Source of the DNA: Squalus acanthias
Taxonomy: Eukaryota
Direction of reading: 5' to 3'
DNA: 64,000 nucleotides
Assembly (NCBI GenBank): GCA_030390025.1
Contig: CM059425.1
Location: 163,992,001 to 164,056,000, forward strand
A model generated the notes under the pieces. The model did no database searches and was not told where the DNA came from. It saw only the letters and a list, made by a program, of their open reading frames with translations. Every line of letters starts with the position of its first letter. Within the stretch, counting starts at the first letter, position 1. A program made the position numbers and the translations under genes. Of the stretch, positions 63,250-64,000 are shown one piece after another.

Positions 63250-64000
63250 GGGAAGATTTTTTACATGGGTGAGCGTGTGGGATTGGTTGTGGGTGGGGGG
63301 TTAAATCGGGAAAAATTCCGAGCACATCGGGAAGCGGGTTCCAACCCGCCAACTTCTGGGTTTTACCAGGACAAACCGTTCCCTGGAGGGGGCTTGGCAT
63401 TTGAAATATGTTAATGAGGCTGGTAGCCTCTGATTTAACCTGCTTTGCAGGTTTTACAGTGGGCGATCGGGTTTTCCAGGCCTCGGGAAACCCAACAGCT
63501 GAAGCAAGGCGAGGACAGCTTTGGGGAGAAGGTAAGTGTCTTTCCAGCATTGCCAATTACCAATATAATAGAAGCCAGGGGACCACCAGAATCATAATTG
63601 AGCACATTCTAGAGATGCTGAAGATGAGATTCATGTGTCTCGACAGGTCTGGGAGGTCCCGACAACATGTCCCACGAAGAGTCTCCCACATAGCTGCATA
63701 CTTGACAACTTTGTTTTGGAGAGGGACCTGCCTTTGGAGGAGTCAGAGGAACAGCATCAAGTTGCTCCTTGGCTGCTGCTGGGGCAGTCTGCTGGCTCAG
63801 CTGACTTGTTGGCACCATGATGGGTATTGGTTAGGAGAGTGGGATAGACATACTCACATCATGGGAGAGGGAAACAAATGTCACTCCCATCGCACCACAT
63901 GCACTCCCATGGGGCTGGGGCTCCACTTCCATTTATCTGCGGGGGATTGAAGAATGGGGGGGGGGGTGAAATTCGATCAGGCCCGAAAATGGGCATGGGC
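63250..64000 (+). mobile_element. Internally deleted Harbinger element with a transposase C-terminal remnant; runs off the window
   Basis: YNRSQGTTRIIIEHILEMLKMRFMCLDRSG (~63565-63655); TIR-like GGGAAGATTTTT at ~63250. Confidence 0.7.

Noticed and set aside
1..64000. rRNA, tRNA genes, CRISPR arrays or prokaryotic operons
   Set aside because: None seen; the tRNA-like boxes belong to SINE heads.

Overview
This is eukaryotic, repeat-dense genomic DNA. The repeat repertoire (CR1, L2, Deu-domain SINEs, Penelope-like elements, PIF/Harbinger elements) suggests a cartilaginous fish; this is an inference. I could not identify any host protein-coding gene, only a few weak exon candidates. Main contents: (1) a complete 4147-bp two-gene Harbinger transposon (20461-24607, TSD ATA) with a DDE transposase ORF and a convergent, three-exon, uninterrupted 459-aa Myb/SANT gene; (2) two diverged ~3.2-kb TIR elements (2603-5807, 25518-28700) and a third fragmented one (44191-51316) that carry the spliced Myb/SANT gene but no DDE transposase; (3) many Harbinger-type MITEs; (4) an apparently young Penelope-like insertion forming a 637-bp inverted repeat with GIY-YIG C-termini, a 14-bp TSD and minimal hammerhead ribozymes, plus a second Penelope family with its own hammerhead; (5) a 4.8-kb (CA/CCCA)n compound microsatellite that accounts for all the very long His/Thr/Pro and Val/Cys/Gly/Trp ORFs; (6) many nested CR1, L2, Vingi-like and Tx1-like LINE and SINE fragments. 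All comparisons were made by eye. Boundaries of degenerate repeats are approximate.
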